Below, piece after piece: positions 36,801 to 44,737 of a stretch of DNA of 46,219 nucleotides. The number at the start of each line of letters is the position of its first letter. The first letter of the stretch is position 1. The notes beneath the pieces are model-generated. The model saw only the letters and a list, made by a program, of their open reading frames with translations. It was not told the DNA's origin and did not search any database. Made by a program: the position numbers and the translations under genes. This DNA is from Verrucomicrobiota bacterium (GTDB lineage Bacteria; Verrucomicrobiota; Verrucomicrobiia; Limisphaerales; Palsa-1400): contig JBEKYR010000043.1 of the NCBI GenBank assembly GCA_049510745.1, positions 1 through 46,219 on the forward strand, given 5' to 3'.

Positions 36801-37499
36801 ATGAAACGAAAACTAATTGGGTTGTCACAACGATATGTGACGGCGTTGCGAACACACCTGGAGCAGGGGCCGCGCGCGGGCCTGCAACCGGCGTTGGGAC
36901 TGGGACGCCAGGCTGTCGCCCTCGGTCTGGAGACGCTGGAACTGGCCCGGATGCACGAGCGGGCAGTCACCCTGCTGAAACTCTCCAGCCTCAGAGATGG
37001 GGAGATCAAGCGGGCGGAGATTTTTTTTACCGAGGCCATCACCCCGATCGTGGAGACGCATCGGGCCGCGCGGCAGAGCAAAACGGACTTGAGCCGGCTG
37101 AACGAGACGCTCAACCGGCGCACGCTGGAGCTGGCCGCCGCCAACCGTCAGTTGCAACGGGGCATCATCCGGCGCAAGAGCGTGGAGGCCGCCCTCAAGA
37201 AAAGCGGCGAACACTACACCAAGCTTTTAAAGGAGTCCCTGCAATTGCAGGAAGGGTTGCGGCAACTGACGCACCATATGCTGGCGGCGCAGGAGGATGA
37301 ACGCAAAAAGATCAGCCGTGAACTTCAGAATGAGATCGCCCAGACTCTGTTGGGGATCAATGTCCGGCTGGTTTCCTTGAAACAGGAGGCGCGAAACAAC
37401 ACCAAGGGACTCAAGAAAGAGATCGCCAGCACGCAACGCTTGGTGGTAAAGTCGGCCCAATCGGTGCGGCGGGTCGCCCGTCGATTCAGGAACGAATGA
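36801..37499 (+). CDS. Histidine-kinase paralogue lacking the phospho-His and the ATPase domain (RsbU_N-like + coiled coil + degenerate HisKA_3)
   Basis: Collinear with the N-terminal part of the next gene; ISRELQNEIAQ instead of ISRELHDVIAQ; ends before HATPase. Confidence 0.8.
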   Translation: MKRKLIGLSQRYVTALRTHLEQGPRAGLQPALGLGRQAVALGLETLELARMHERAVTLLKLSSLRDGEIKRAEIFFTEAITPIVETHRAARQSKTDLSRLNETLNRRTLELAAANRQLQRGIIRRKSVEAALKKSGEHYTKLLKESLQLQEGLRQLTHHMLAAQEDERKKISRELQNEIAQTLLGINVRLVSLKQEARNNTKGLKKEIASTQRLVVKSAQSVRRVARRFRNE

Positions 37500-38674
37500 A
37501 ACGCAAGCTCTTCAGTTTGTCGCGACGCTATCAGGCGGCGTTGCGAAGTCACCTGAAGCAGGGCCAGCAGGCCAGCCTGGAGTCGGCGCGGGGACTGGGC
37601 AGCGAGGCCCTGGCTGGCGGGCTGCAGACGCTGGACCTGGCCAGGCTCCACGAGCAAACGCTGGTCACGGAAGTGTTGCCGGGCTGCCCGGCCGGCAAAC
37701 GCGCCGGGCTGATCAAGCAGGCGGGGATTTTTTTTGCCGCGGCGATCACCCCGATCGAGAAGACGCATCGGAGCGCGCGGGAGGCCACCGCCCTCCTGAG
37801 AAAATTCATCGAGACGTTGAGCCAGCGCACGGTGGAGCTGGCCGCCTCGAATGTGGAATTGAGCCTGGAGATCGCCCAGCGCAAGGCGGCGGAAGAAGCG
37901 CTCCAAAAAAGCGAGCATCATTACTCGCAGTTGCTGGAAAAGTCGGAGCGCCTGCAGGAGCAGTTGCGGCAGTTGTCCCGCCAGATACTCTCGGCGCAGG
38001 AGGAGGAGCGAAAGGAAATCAGCCGGGAGCTGCATGATGTGATCGCCCAGACTTTGACGGGCATTAATGTGCGGCTGGCGGCCTTGAAAAAGGAAGCCGC
38101 GATCAACACCAAGGGCCTGGACCGCAACATCGCCCGCACGCAACGCCTGGTGGAAAAATCAGTGGACATCGTGCATCAGTTCGCCCGCGAATTGCGCCCG
38201 GCGGTGCTGGATGATCTGGGGCTGATTCCCGCCCTGCATTCCTACATGAAAAATTTTACCACGCGGACCGGCGTGCGCACTCATTTGACGGCCTTTGCGG
38301 AGGTGGAACAATTGGACACGGCCCGGCGCACGGTGCTGTTTCGCGTCGCCCAGGAAGCGCTGACCAACGTGGCCCGGCATGCGCAAGCCAGCCGGGCGGA
38401 AGTGAGCATCCAAAAACTGCCGGACTGCGTCTGCATGAGAATAAGAGACAACGGCAAATCCTTTGAAGTGGAACGGGTGTTGCACGGGAAGGGAAGCAAA
38501 CGCCTGGGGTTGCTCGGCATGAGGGAACGCTTGGAGATGGTCGGTGGCCATTTCAATGTCGAGTCCGCCCTGGGCAAAGGCACGACCATCCAAGCGCAGA
38601 TGCCACTGGCTGAGGTCCGCGCGGGGGGGGGGGCGGGGAATTCGTTGATAGAGTCTGTCAGGGCGAAACCATGA
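37496..38674 (+). CDS. Soluble NarX/ComP-type sensor histidine kinase (RsbU_N-like input, HisKA_3, HATPase_c)
   Basis: QEEERKEISRELHD, LRPAVLDDLGL, QEALTNVARH, DNG, GLLGMRER. Confidence 0.92.
   Translation: MKRKLFSLSRRYQAALRSHLKQGQQASLESARGLGSEALAGGLQTLDLARLHEQTLVTEVLPGCPAGKRAGLIKQAGIFFAAAITPIEKTHRSAREATALLRKFIETLSQRTVELAASNVELSLEIAQRKAAEEALQKSEHHYSQLLEKSERLQEQLRQLSRQILSAQEEERKEISRELHDVIAQTLTGINVRLAALKKEAAINTKGLDRNIARTQRLVEKSVDIVHQFARELRPAVLDDLGLIPALHSYMKNFTTRTGVRTHLTAFAEVEQLDTARRTVLFRVAQEALTNVARHAQASRAEVSIQKLPDCVCMRIRDNGKSFEVERVLHGKGSKRLGLLGMRERLEMVGGHFNVESALGKGTTIQAQMPLAEVRAGGGAGNSLIESVRAKP
38623..38633 (+). repeat. G11 homopolymer tract in the kinase 3' end
   Basis: gcGGGGGGGGGGGcgggg read directly. 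Confidence 0.85.
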
Positions 38675-38696
38675 ACTTGAAGAAGAATGCCCTTGA

Positions 38697-40454
38697 ATGA
38701 GAATTAACGGTCCCAAGCCCGCCTCCGCAGCGGCTCGTTTGCCCAAGTGTCCCACGGGCATCCAGGGTCTGGACGAAATCACGAGTGGTGGATTGCCGCG
38801 TGGGCGGCCCACGCTGGTGTGCGGCGGCACGGGTTGCGGCAAGACGCTGTTGGCGGTGGAATTCCTGGTTCGCGGCGCGAAGCAGTTCGGCGAGCCGGGC
38901 GTTTTCATGTCCTTCGAGGAGACGTTCGCGGAGTTGAAGAGCAACGTCGCGTCGCTCGGATTTGATTTGGGGGGCTTGGTCCGGCGCAAAAAGATTGTGC
39001 TCGACCACGTATACATCGAACGCAGTGAAATCACGGAAACGGGCGAGTATGACCTGGAAGGGTTGTTCGTCCGGCTCAATCACGCGATTGATTCGATCGG
39101 CGCCCGGCGAGTGGTGCTCGACACGCTGGAAGCGTTGTTTGCCGGCCTGCCGAACGAAGCGATCTTGCGGGCCGAATTGCGCCGGCTCTTCCGCTGGCTC
39201 AAAGACAAAGGCGTGACGGCCGTCATTACGGCCGAGCGCGGGCGCGAACAACTGACGCGCCACGGGCTGGAGGAATACGTGTCCGACTGCGTCATCCTGC
39301 TCGATCATCGGGTCAATGAGCAGATTGCCACGCGGCATCTGCGTGTGGTGAAATATCGCGGGGCGCTGCACGGCACCAACGAATTTCCCTTCCTCATCGG
39401 GGAAGAGGGCCTGAGCGTGTTGCCCATCACGTCGCTGGGGCTGAACCACAAGGTGTCAAGCGTGCGGATTTCCACCGGCATCCCGCGGCTCGATGCGATG
39501 CTGGGCGGGCGGGGTTTTTTTCATGGCAGCAGCATTCTGCTCACGGGCACGCCCGGCACGGGCAAGACCAGCGTGGCCGCCCATTTTGCCCAAGCCGCCG
39601 CCCGGCGCGGGGAGCGCGCGCTGTTCTTCTCGTTCGAGGAATCGCCCAACCAGATCATCCGCAACATGCGTTCCATCGGGTTGCGCCTGGAGCCGTTGGT
39701 CCAGGGCGGCTTGCTGCGGTTTCACGCCGCGCGGCCCACGCTCTGCGGCCTGGAAATGCACCTGGCCACGATGTTCAGGGAGATCGCCGCGTTTCAACCC
39801 GCCGTCGTCATCGTGGACCCGATTACCAGCCTGCTGACCGCGGGCACCGACTCCGAAACCAAGGGGATGGTGACGCGGCTGATCGATTTTCTGAAAGGCG
39901 GCCAAGTTACCTCGTTCTTCACCAGTCTGACGCACGGGGGCCACGCGCTGCAACAGAGTGAAATCGCCATGTCCTCGCTCATGGACTCCTGGCTGTTGTT
40001 GCAGGACTTCGAAGGCAACGGCGAACGCAATCGCGTGCTTTACGTGCTCAAAGCGCGTGGCATGGCGCACTCAAACCAGGTGCGCGAATTCCTGATTTCC
40101 AACCGGGGCATTGACCTAGTGGACGCTTACATCGGTCCCAGCGGCGTCTTGACCGGCGCGTCCCGTGTGGCGCAAACCGCCCGCGAAAGAGCCGAAGCGC
40201 TCGGCAGCCAGCAGGAAGCCGGGCGCCGCAAGCGCGAATTAGAGCGCAAACGCGCGGCGCTCGAACGGCAAATCGGCGGGCTGCGCTCCGAGCACGAAGC
40301 CAGCGCCGAAGAACTTCGGCGCATTGACGAACAGGCCGGAACGCAAATGCGCTTGCTGACCCGGGAGCGAACTGAATTGGGCCGCTTGCGCCAGGCAGAT
40401 GGTGCGGTGGCGGCCAGCGCGCGGGGCAACACCAAACCGAAGAGCAAACGATGA
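38697..40454 (+). CDS. kaiC: KaiC-family double RecA-type ATPase (KaiC2-like) with C-terminal coiled coil
   Basis: Two Walker A motifs ([16 protein letters not shown]); SFEE in both domains; MSSLMD at the phosphosite position; [14 protein letters not shown]. Confidence 0.95.
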   Translation: MRINGPKPASAAARLPKCPTGIQGLDEITSGGLPRGRPTLVCGGTGCGKTLLAVEFLVRGAKQFGEPGVFMSFEETFAELKSNVASLGFDLGGLVRRKKIVLDHVYIERSEITETGEYDLEGLFVRLNHAIDSIGARRVVLDTLEALFAGLPNEAILRAELRRLFRWLKDKGVTAVITAERGREQLTRHGLEEYVSDCVILLDHRVNEQIATRHLRVVKYRGALHGTNEFPFLIGEEGLSVLPITSLGLNHKVSSVRISTGIPRLDAMLGGRGFFHGSSILLTGTPGTGKTSVAAHFAQAAARRGERALFFSFEESPNQIIRNMRSIGLRLEPLVQGGLLRFHAARPTLCGLEMHLATMFREIAAFQPAVVIVDPITSLLTAGTDSETKGMVTRLIDFLKGGQVTSFFTSLTHGGHALQQSEIAMSSLMDSWLLLQDFEGNGERNRVLYVLKARGMAHSNQVREFLISNRGIDLVDAYIGPSGVLTGASRVAQTARERAEALGSQQEAGRRKRELERKRAALERQIGGLRSEHEASAEELRRIDEQAGTQMRLLTRERTELGRLRQADGAVAASARGNTKPKSKR

Positions 40455-40780
40455 AAACCAGAACCGTGAAACGAGGAGAGTCCGGCTCTCATCGCCGCCC
40501 AGCCAGACTCTGGCAACTGCGCCTTTATGTGGCCGGCCAGACGCCCAAATCGCTGACGGCATTTTCGAACCTGAAGAAGATTTGCGAAGACCACCTCAAG
40601 GGCCGCTATCGCATCGAGGTGCTTGATTTGTTGGAGCAGCCCCAACTTTCCAAAGGCGATCAGATCCTGGCCATTCCCACGCTCGTGCGCAAGCTGCCTC
40701 AGCCCGTGCGAAAAATCATTGGCGACCTGTCCAACACCGAGCGCGTGCTCGTCGGGTTGGATTTGCGCCCCGCCGATTAA
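40451..40780 (+). CDS. kaiB: KaiB-family protein
   Basis: [35 protein letters not shown]. Confidence 0.95.
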   Translation: MKTRTVKRGESGSHRRPARLWQLRLYVAGQTPKSLTAFSNLKKICEDHLKGRYRIEVLDLLEQPQLSKGDQILAIPTLVRKLPQPVRKIIGDLSNTERVLVGLDLRPAD

Positions 40781-40795
40781 CCGAGACGTACGCCC

Positions 40796-41149
40796 GTGAA
40801 AACAAACAAAAGCAGCCGCGCGACCAAGGCCTTTGAAAAGGCGCTGGCCACCCGGCCCACGGGCAAATACGTCCTGCGACTGTACGTGGCGGGGGCCACC
40901 GCCCGATCACGCCAGGCTCTCCTGCGGGTCCGCACACTGTGCGAAACCGAACTCAACGGCGAATACGAACTGGAAGTGATTGACGTCTATCAGCAGCCCA
41001 TCCTGGCGCGGGACGGCCAGATCGTGGCGACCCCGACGCTGGTCCGGGAATTCCCGCGGCCCGTGCGCCGGCTCATTGGCAACCTGTCCAACACCACCGG
41101 CCTGTTTGTCGGGTTGGATTTGGACACGAAGGAGAAAGCGGCATTTTGA
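40796..41149 (+). CDS. kaiB: Second KaiB-family protein
   Basis: YVLRLYVAG..LEVIDVYQQP..IVATPTLVREFPRPVRRLIGNLS. Confidence 0.92.
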   Translation: MKTNKSSRATKAFEKALATRPTGKYVLRLYVAGATARSRQALLRVRTLCETELNGEYELEVIDVYQQPILARDGQIVATPTLVREFPRPVRRLIGNLSNTTGLFVGLDLDTKEKAAF

Positions 41150-42369
41150 AAACTGCCCGCCGCCAACGCACCTCCCGCCCCGCGCCGTCCCGCGAACTTG
41201 CCGAAGTGCGCGCTCGCCTGGCCGACGCCGAGGAAACGCTGCGCGCGATCCGCACCGGCGAAGTGGATGCGGTGGTGGTCGCAGGCAGACAAGGCCCGCA
41301 AGTGTTCACGCTGGAAGGGGCCGAGCACGCCTACCGGGTGCTGATCGAATGCATGAACGAAGGGGCGCTGATCTTGACGGCGGACGGGGTGATCCTTTAC
41401 GCCAACCAGTGCTTCGCCAGAATGGTCAAACGCCCGCTGGAGCGGGTGTTGGGTTCGTCCTTTCACCGCGTTCTCTCCGTGGCGAACCAGGCCGTGCTGC
41501 GACCGCTCCTGAAACGAACGGTCAAATCCGGGTTCAAAATCCAGGCGCTCCTGCACGCCGGCGACGGTTCCCAACTGCCGGCGCACATCTCGAGTTGTCC
41601 GCTGGCAAAGAATGGCGCCAAAAGCGCGACCTTCGGCATCGTGGTGACCGACATGACGGAGGCCCGGCGCAACGAGGAAATGCTGCGGGCCTTGACGCAC
41701 CGGGTGGTGCAAGCGCAGGAAGCCGAGCGCAGGCTCGTGGCCCTCGAATTGCACGACCACATTACCCAGCATCTCTGCGCTGTTCTGGCGCGCTGGGGGG
41801 CACTGGCGAACAAACTGCCGGCGGGGGAGAAAGGATCGCGGGAAGAGGTGATGAAACTCAGCGAGATGCTGGGCAAGACTGTCGAAGAAGTGCAGCGCAT
41901 CGCGCGCAATCTGCGGCCCAGCGTCTTGGACGAGCTGGGCCTGGTTCCCGCCCTGCGCGCCACTTGCACGGAGTTCGCAGGTCGGACGGGCGTGTCCCTC
42001 AAGCTGGCCTGCAAGCGGTTGACCGCCCGGCTGCCAGCCGAAATCGAGTTGGCGCTCTACCGCATCCTCCAGAAAACTTTGGAGAATGTGGAGAAGCACG
42101 CTCGGGCCCGCCACGTGACGGTGCAGTTGACGAAGCAGGGGAACATCGTGCAGTTGACGATCAAGGACGACGGGATCGGCTTCGACCCGGATCAACCTCC
42201 GGCCAGACGAAAGAAAAAGCGCGACTTTGGCCTGCTCCGAATGCGCGAGCGAGCGACCTATGTGGGCGGGGCCCTCACGGTCAAATCCGTTCGCGGCGCG
42301 GGCACGGAAATCGAGGTGCGCATTCCTCTGCCGCCAAGTGCGACGGCGGCTAACCGAACTGACTTATGA
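41146..42369 (+). CDS. PAS-domain HisKA_3 sensor histidine kinase
   Basis: AEETLRAIRTGEVDAVVV N-terminus; MNEGAL..YAN PAS; ELHD H-box; DDGIGFD. Confidence 0.9.
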   Translation: MKTARRQRTSRPAPSRELAEVRARLADAEETLRAIRTGEVDAVVVAGRQGPQVFTLEGAEHAYRVLIECMNEGALILTADGVILYANQCFARMVKRPLERVLGSSFHRVLSVANQAVLRPLLKRTVKSGFKIQALLHAGDGSQLPAHISSCPLAKNGAKSATFGIVVTDMTEARRNEEMLRALTHRVVQAQEAERRLVALELHDHITQHLCAVLARWGALANKLPAGEKGSREEVMKLSEMLGKTVEEVQRIARNLRPSVLDELGLVPALRATCTEFAGRTGVSLKLACKRLTARLPAEIELALYRILQKTLENVEKHARARHVTVQLTKQGNIVQLTIKDDGIGFDPDQPPARRKKKRDFGLLRMRERATYVGGALTVKSVRGAGTEIEVRIPLPPSATAANRTDL

Positions 42370-43043
42370 AACGAATCACTGTGCTGCTGGCGGAAGACCA
42401 TACGATCGTGCGGGAGGGATTTCGCAAGATGCTCGAACTGGAGGACGACCTGGAAGTGGTCGGCGAAGCGCCCGACGGCCGCCAAGCGGTCGCGCTGGCC
42501 AAAGAACTTCGCCCCGACGTGGTGTTGATGGACATCGCGATGCCGCTGCTCAATGGTTTGGAGGCCACCCGCCAGGTGCTCAAAGCCCTGCCCGCCACCC
42601 GAGTGCTCATTCTTTCGGCGCACAGTGATGACGCGTATGTCAAATCCGCGACCGAGTCCGGCGCGGTGGGATTTCTGCTCAAACAAACCTCCGCCCACGA
42701 TGTGTGCCGGGCGATTCGGGAAGTCCAAAAGGGCAACACGTTTTTCGGCTCCGCAGTTTCCAGGCGTCTGAATCGTCTCAATTCGCATTCGCCCGACCGC
42801 GCGGGAGTGGTCAACAAGAAGGGCGCCCAACTGACTTCGCGCGAGATGGAAGTGCTGCAATTGATTGCCGAAGGCAAAGCCAACAAGGAAACCGCGGCGG
42901 AACTGGGCATCGGCCTCAAGACCGTCGAGAAGCATCGCGAGCATCTCATGCAGAAGCTCGACATCCACGACACCGCCGGACTGACCCGCTACGCCATCGG
43001 CGCGGGCATCATCGAGAGCAGCGTGCAGGTGACGATCGTCTGA
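42366..43043 (+). CDS. NarL/LuxR-family DNA-binding response regulator
   Basis: LAEDH, DVVLMDIAMP, FLLK; LTSREMEVLQLIAEG..NKE..KTVEKHREHLMQKL. Confidence 0.95.
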   Translation: MKRITVLLAEDHTIVREGFRKMLELEDDLEVVGEAPDGRQAVALAKELRPDVVLMDIAMPLLNGLEATRQVLKALPATRVLILSAHSDDAYVKSATESGAVGFLLKQTSAHDVCRAIREVQKGNTFFGSAVSRRLNRLNSHSPDRAGVVNKKGAQLTSREMEVLQLIAEGKANKETAAELGIGLKTVEKHREHLMQKLDIHDTAGLTRYAIGAGIIESSVQVTIV

Positions 43044-43153
43044 CGCGGAGAACCCTCCTCCTTCATCCAGGAAGAAACGGCCTTGGGCCGCCCACAGGGC
43101 CGCAGATCGGCCGGGAAAATCCGGGACGGATTCAGCAAGTCTGATTTGAGGGA

Positions 43154-43199
43154 CTGGGGTGAATACCCCATAGCGCACATGGGGTGTTTTGCTTACCTT
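43154..43199 (+). promoter_or_regulatory. Regulon box 6 plus -10 element, with an extra half-site at 43179
   Basis: CTGGGGTGAATACCCCAT at 43154-43171; TACCTT at 43194-43199; 22-nt gap containing ATGGGGTG. Confidence 0.7.
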
Positions 43200-43204
43200 A
43201 TGCC

Positions 43205-44677
43205 ATGAACTCCAAAGACGCTACGATGCCAGAAAATCAGCCATTACTGGCGGAGGATTTAGGCCAAGCCGTGGCTCGCGTTGAAGGCGAGATAAAGAAG
43301 AAAAATCAAGACGCTTACGTGCCCGGACACGACACGCGGATGAAGTGGGCAGAGGCGCGGACGGAGCGGGCGGAGGCGCGGACGGAACAGGCCAAGACGC
43401 GGATTGAGCAGGCGGAGATGCGCACGGAGCAGGCGGAGACGCGGACGGAACAGGCCAAGACACGGACGGAGCAGGCGGAAATGCGGACGGAGCAGGCGGA
43501 GATGCGGTTGGAACAGGCCGAGACGCGAGGTGAGGAGGCGATACGCGCCTCAGAAGTCAGTTATCGGCGGTTGTTCGAAGCGGCGAGGGACGGCATCCTG
43601 ATTCTGGACGCCGAGACGGGCCGCATCAACGATGTGAACCCATTTCTGATTGAACTGCTGGGTTTTTCTCACAGCGAAATGATCGGCAAAACCGTCGGGG
43701 AGGTGAGTCCGTTCAAAGACATTGAGTCGCACAAGCTCATGCTCGAGCGATTACAAAAGGACGGGTATGTCCGCTATGAAGATCTGCCGCTGGAAACCAG
43801 GGACGGCCGCAAGATCGCCGTGGAGTTTGTCAGCAACGTGTATCAAGCCGGTGAAAAGAGAGTGATCCAGTGCAACGTCCGCGACATCACGGAGCGGAAA
43901 CGGGCGGAGGAACAAATCCGGGTTCTCAACGCGGAACTGGAGCAACGGGTCGTCCAACGCACGGCGCAACTGCAAACCGCCAACGAGGACCTGGAAGCGT
44001 TCAGCTATTCCGTCTCCCACGATTTGCGCGCGCCGCTGCGCCACGTGGCGGGCTTCGTGGACCTGCTGCAAAAGGGCGCCGGGCCGTCGCTGGCAAAAAA
44101 GAACGTCCGCTATCTGACGATTATTGCCGAATCGGCGAAACGGATGGGGAGTCTGATTGACGACCTGCTGGCGTTCTCGCGCGTGGGGCGGGCGGAACTG
44201 CAAAAGACGGAGGTCAATCTCGACGAGTTGGTCCGGGAGACATTGGGCGATTTTCAGGCGGAGACGAAGGAGCGAAACATTGCCTGGGAAATTCACCCGC
44301 TGCCAGTGGTGCGGGCCGACCGTGCCCTGCTGCGCCTGGCGCTGGTCAATCTGATCTCCAATGCCGTGAAGTTCACCGGCGCTCGCGCCGAGGCCAAAAT
44401 CGAAATCGGTTGCGCTCCCAGTGGGGAGAGCGAGACAGTGATCTTCATTCGCGACAACGGGGCCGGCTTCGATCCGCGGTATGCCAACAAGCTTTTCAGC
44501 GTCTTTCAACGCCTGCACAGCCAGGAGGAGTTCGAGGGCACGGGCATCGGCCTGGCGAACGTCCAGCGCATCATTCACCGCCACGGCGGCCGGACGTGGG
44601 CGGAAGGCGCGGTGAACGGCGGCGCGACATTTTACTTTTCAATCCCAAAACAAAACGGAGAGATCAATGGACATTGA
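43205..44677 (+). CDS. PAS sensor histidine kinase (phytochrome-kinase-like HisKA) with N-terminal heptad repeats
   Basis: FSYSVSHDLRAPLR, NLISNAVKF, DNGAGFD, FQRLH..GTGIGLA; start uncertain (43205 or 43226). Confidence 0.92.
   Translation: MNSKDATMPENQPLLAEDLGQAVARVEGEIKKKNQDAYVPGHDTRMKWAEARTERAEARTEQAKTRIEQAEMRTEQAETRTEQAKTRTEQAEMRTEQAEMRLEQAETRGEEAIRASEVSYRRLFEAARDGILILDAETGRINDVNPFLIELLGFSHSEMIGKTVGEVSPFKDIESHKLMLERLQKDGYVRYEDLPLETRDGRKIAVEFVSNVYQAGEKRVIQCNVRDITERKRAEEQIRVLNAELEQRVVQRTAQLQTANEDLEAFSYSVSHDLRAPLRHVAGFVDLLQKGAGPSLAKKNVRYLTIIAESAKRMGSLIDDLLAFSRVGRAELQKTEVNLDELVRETLGDFQAETKERNIAWEIHPLPVVRADRALLRLALVNLISNAVKFTGARAEAKIEIGCAPSGESETVIFIRDNGAGFDPRYANKLFSVFQRLHSQEEFEGTGIGLANVQRIIHRHGGRTWAEGAVNGGATFYFSIPKQNGEINGH
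43352..43540 (+). repeat. 21-bp tandem repeat, about 9 copies, encoding ExRTEQA heptads
   Basis: gcggacggagcaggcggaga-type units repeated in frame. Confidence 0.85.
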
Positions 44678-44735
44678 CCTAACCAAGATCAAAAACATCC
44701 TGGCCGAGGACGAGCCACGGGAGATGGAAGGCTAA
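44667..44735 (+). pseudogene. Remnant of a single-domain response regulator
   Basis: GGAG RBS followed by MDIDLTKIKNILAEDEPREMEG*, which is receiver strand beta1 plus ED; lies in the slot between the kinase and the hybrid kinase. Confidence 0.6.
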
Positions 44736-44737
44736 GA

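Noticed and set aside
38697..41149. A true self-sustained circadian clock
   Set aside because: No kaiA in the window and KaiC is of the Ser-Ser, coiled-coil-tail type; oscillation cannot be inferred from sequence.
43078..43102. Hairpin after the NarL regulator as an intrinsic terminator
   Set aside because: Imperfect stem with no U-tract.
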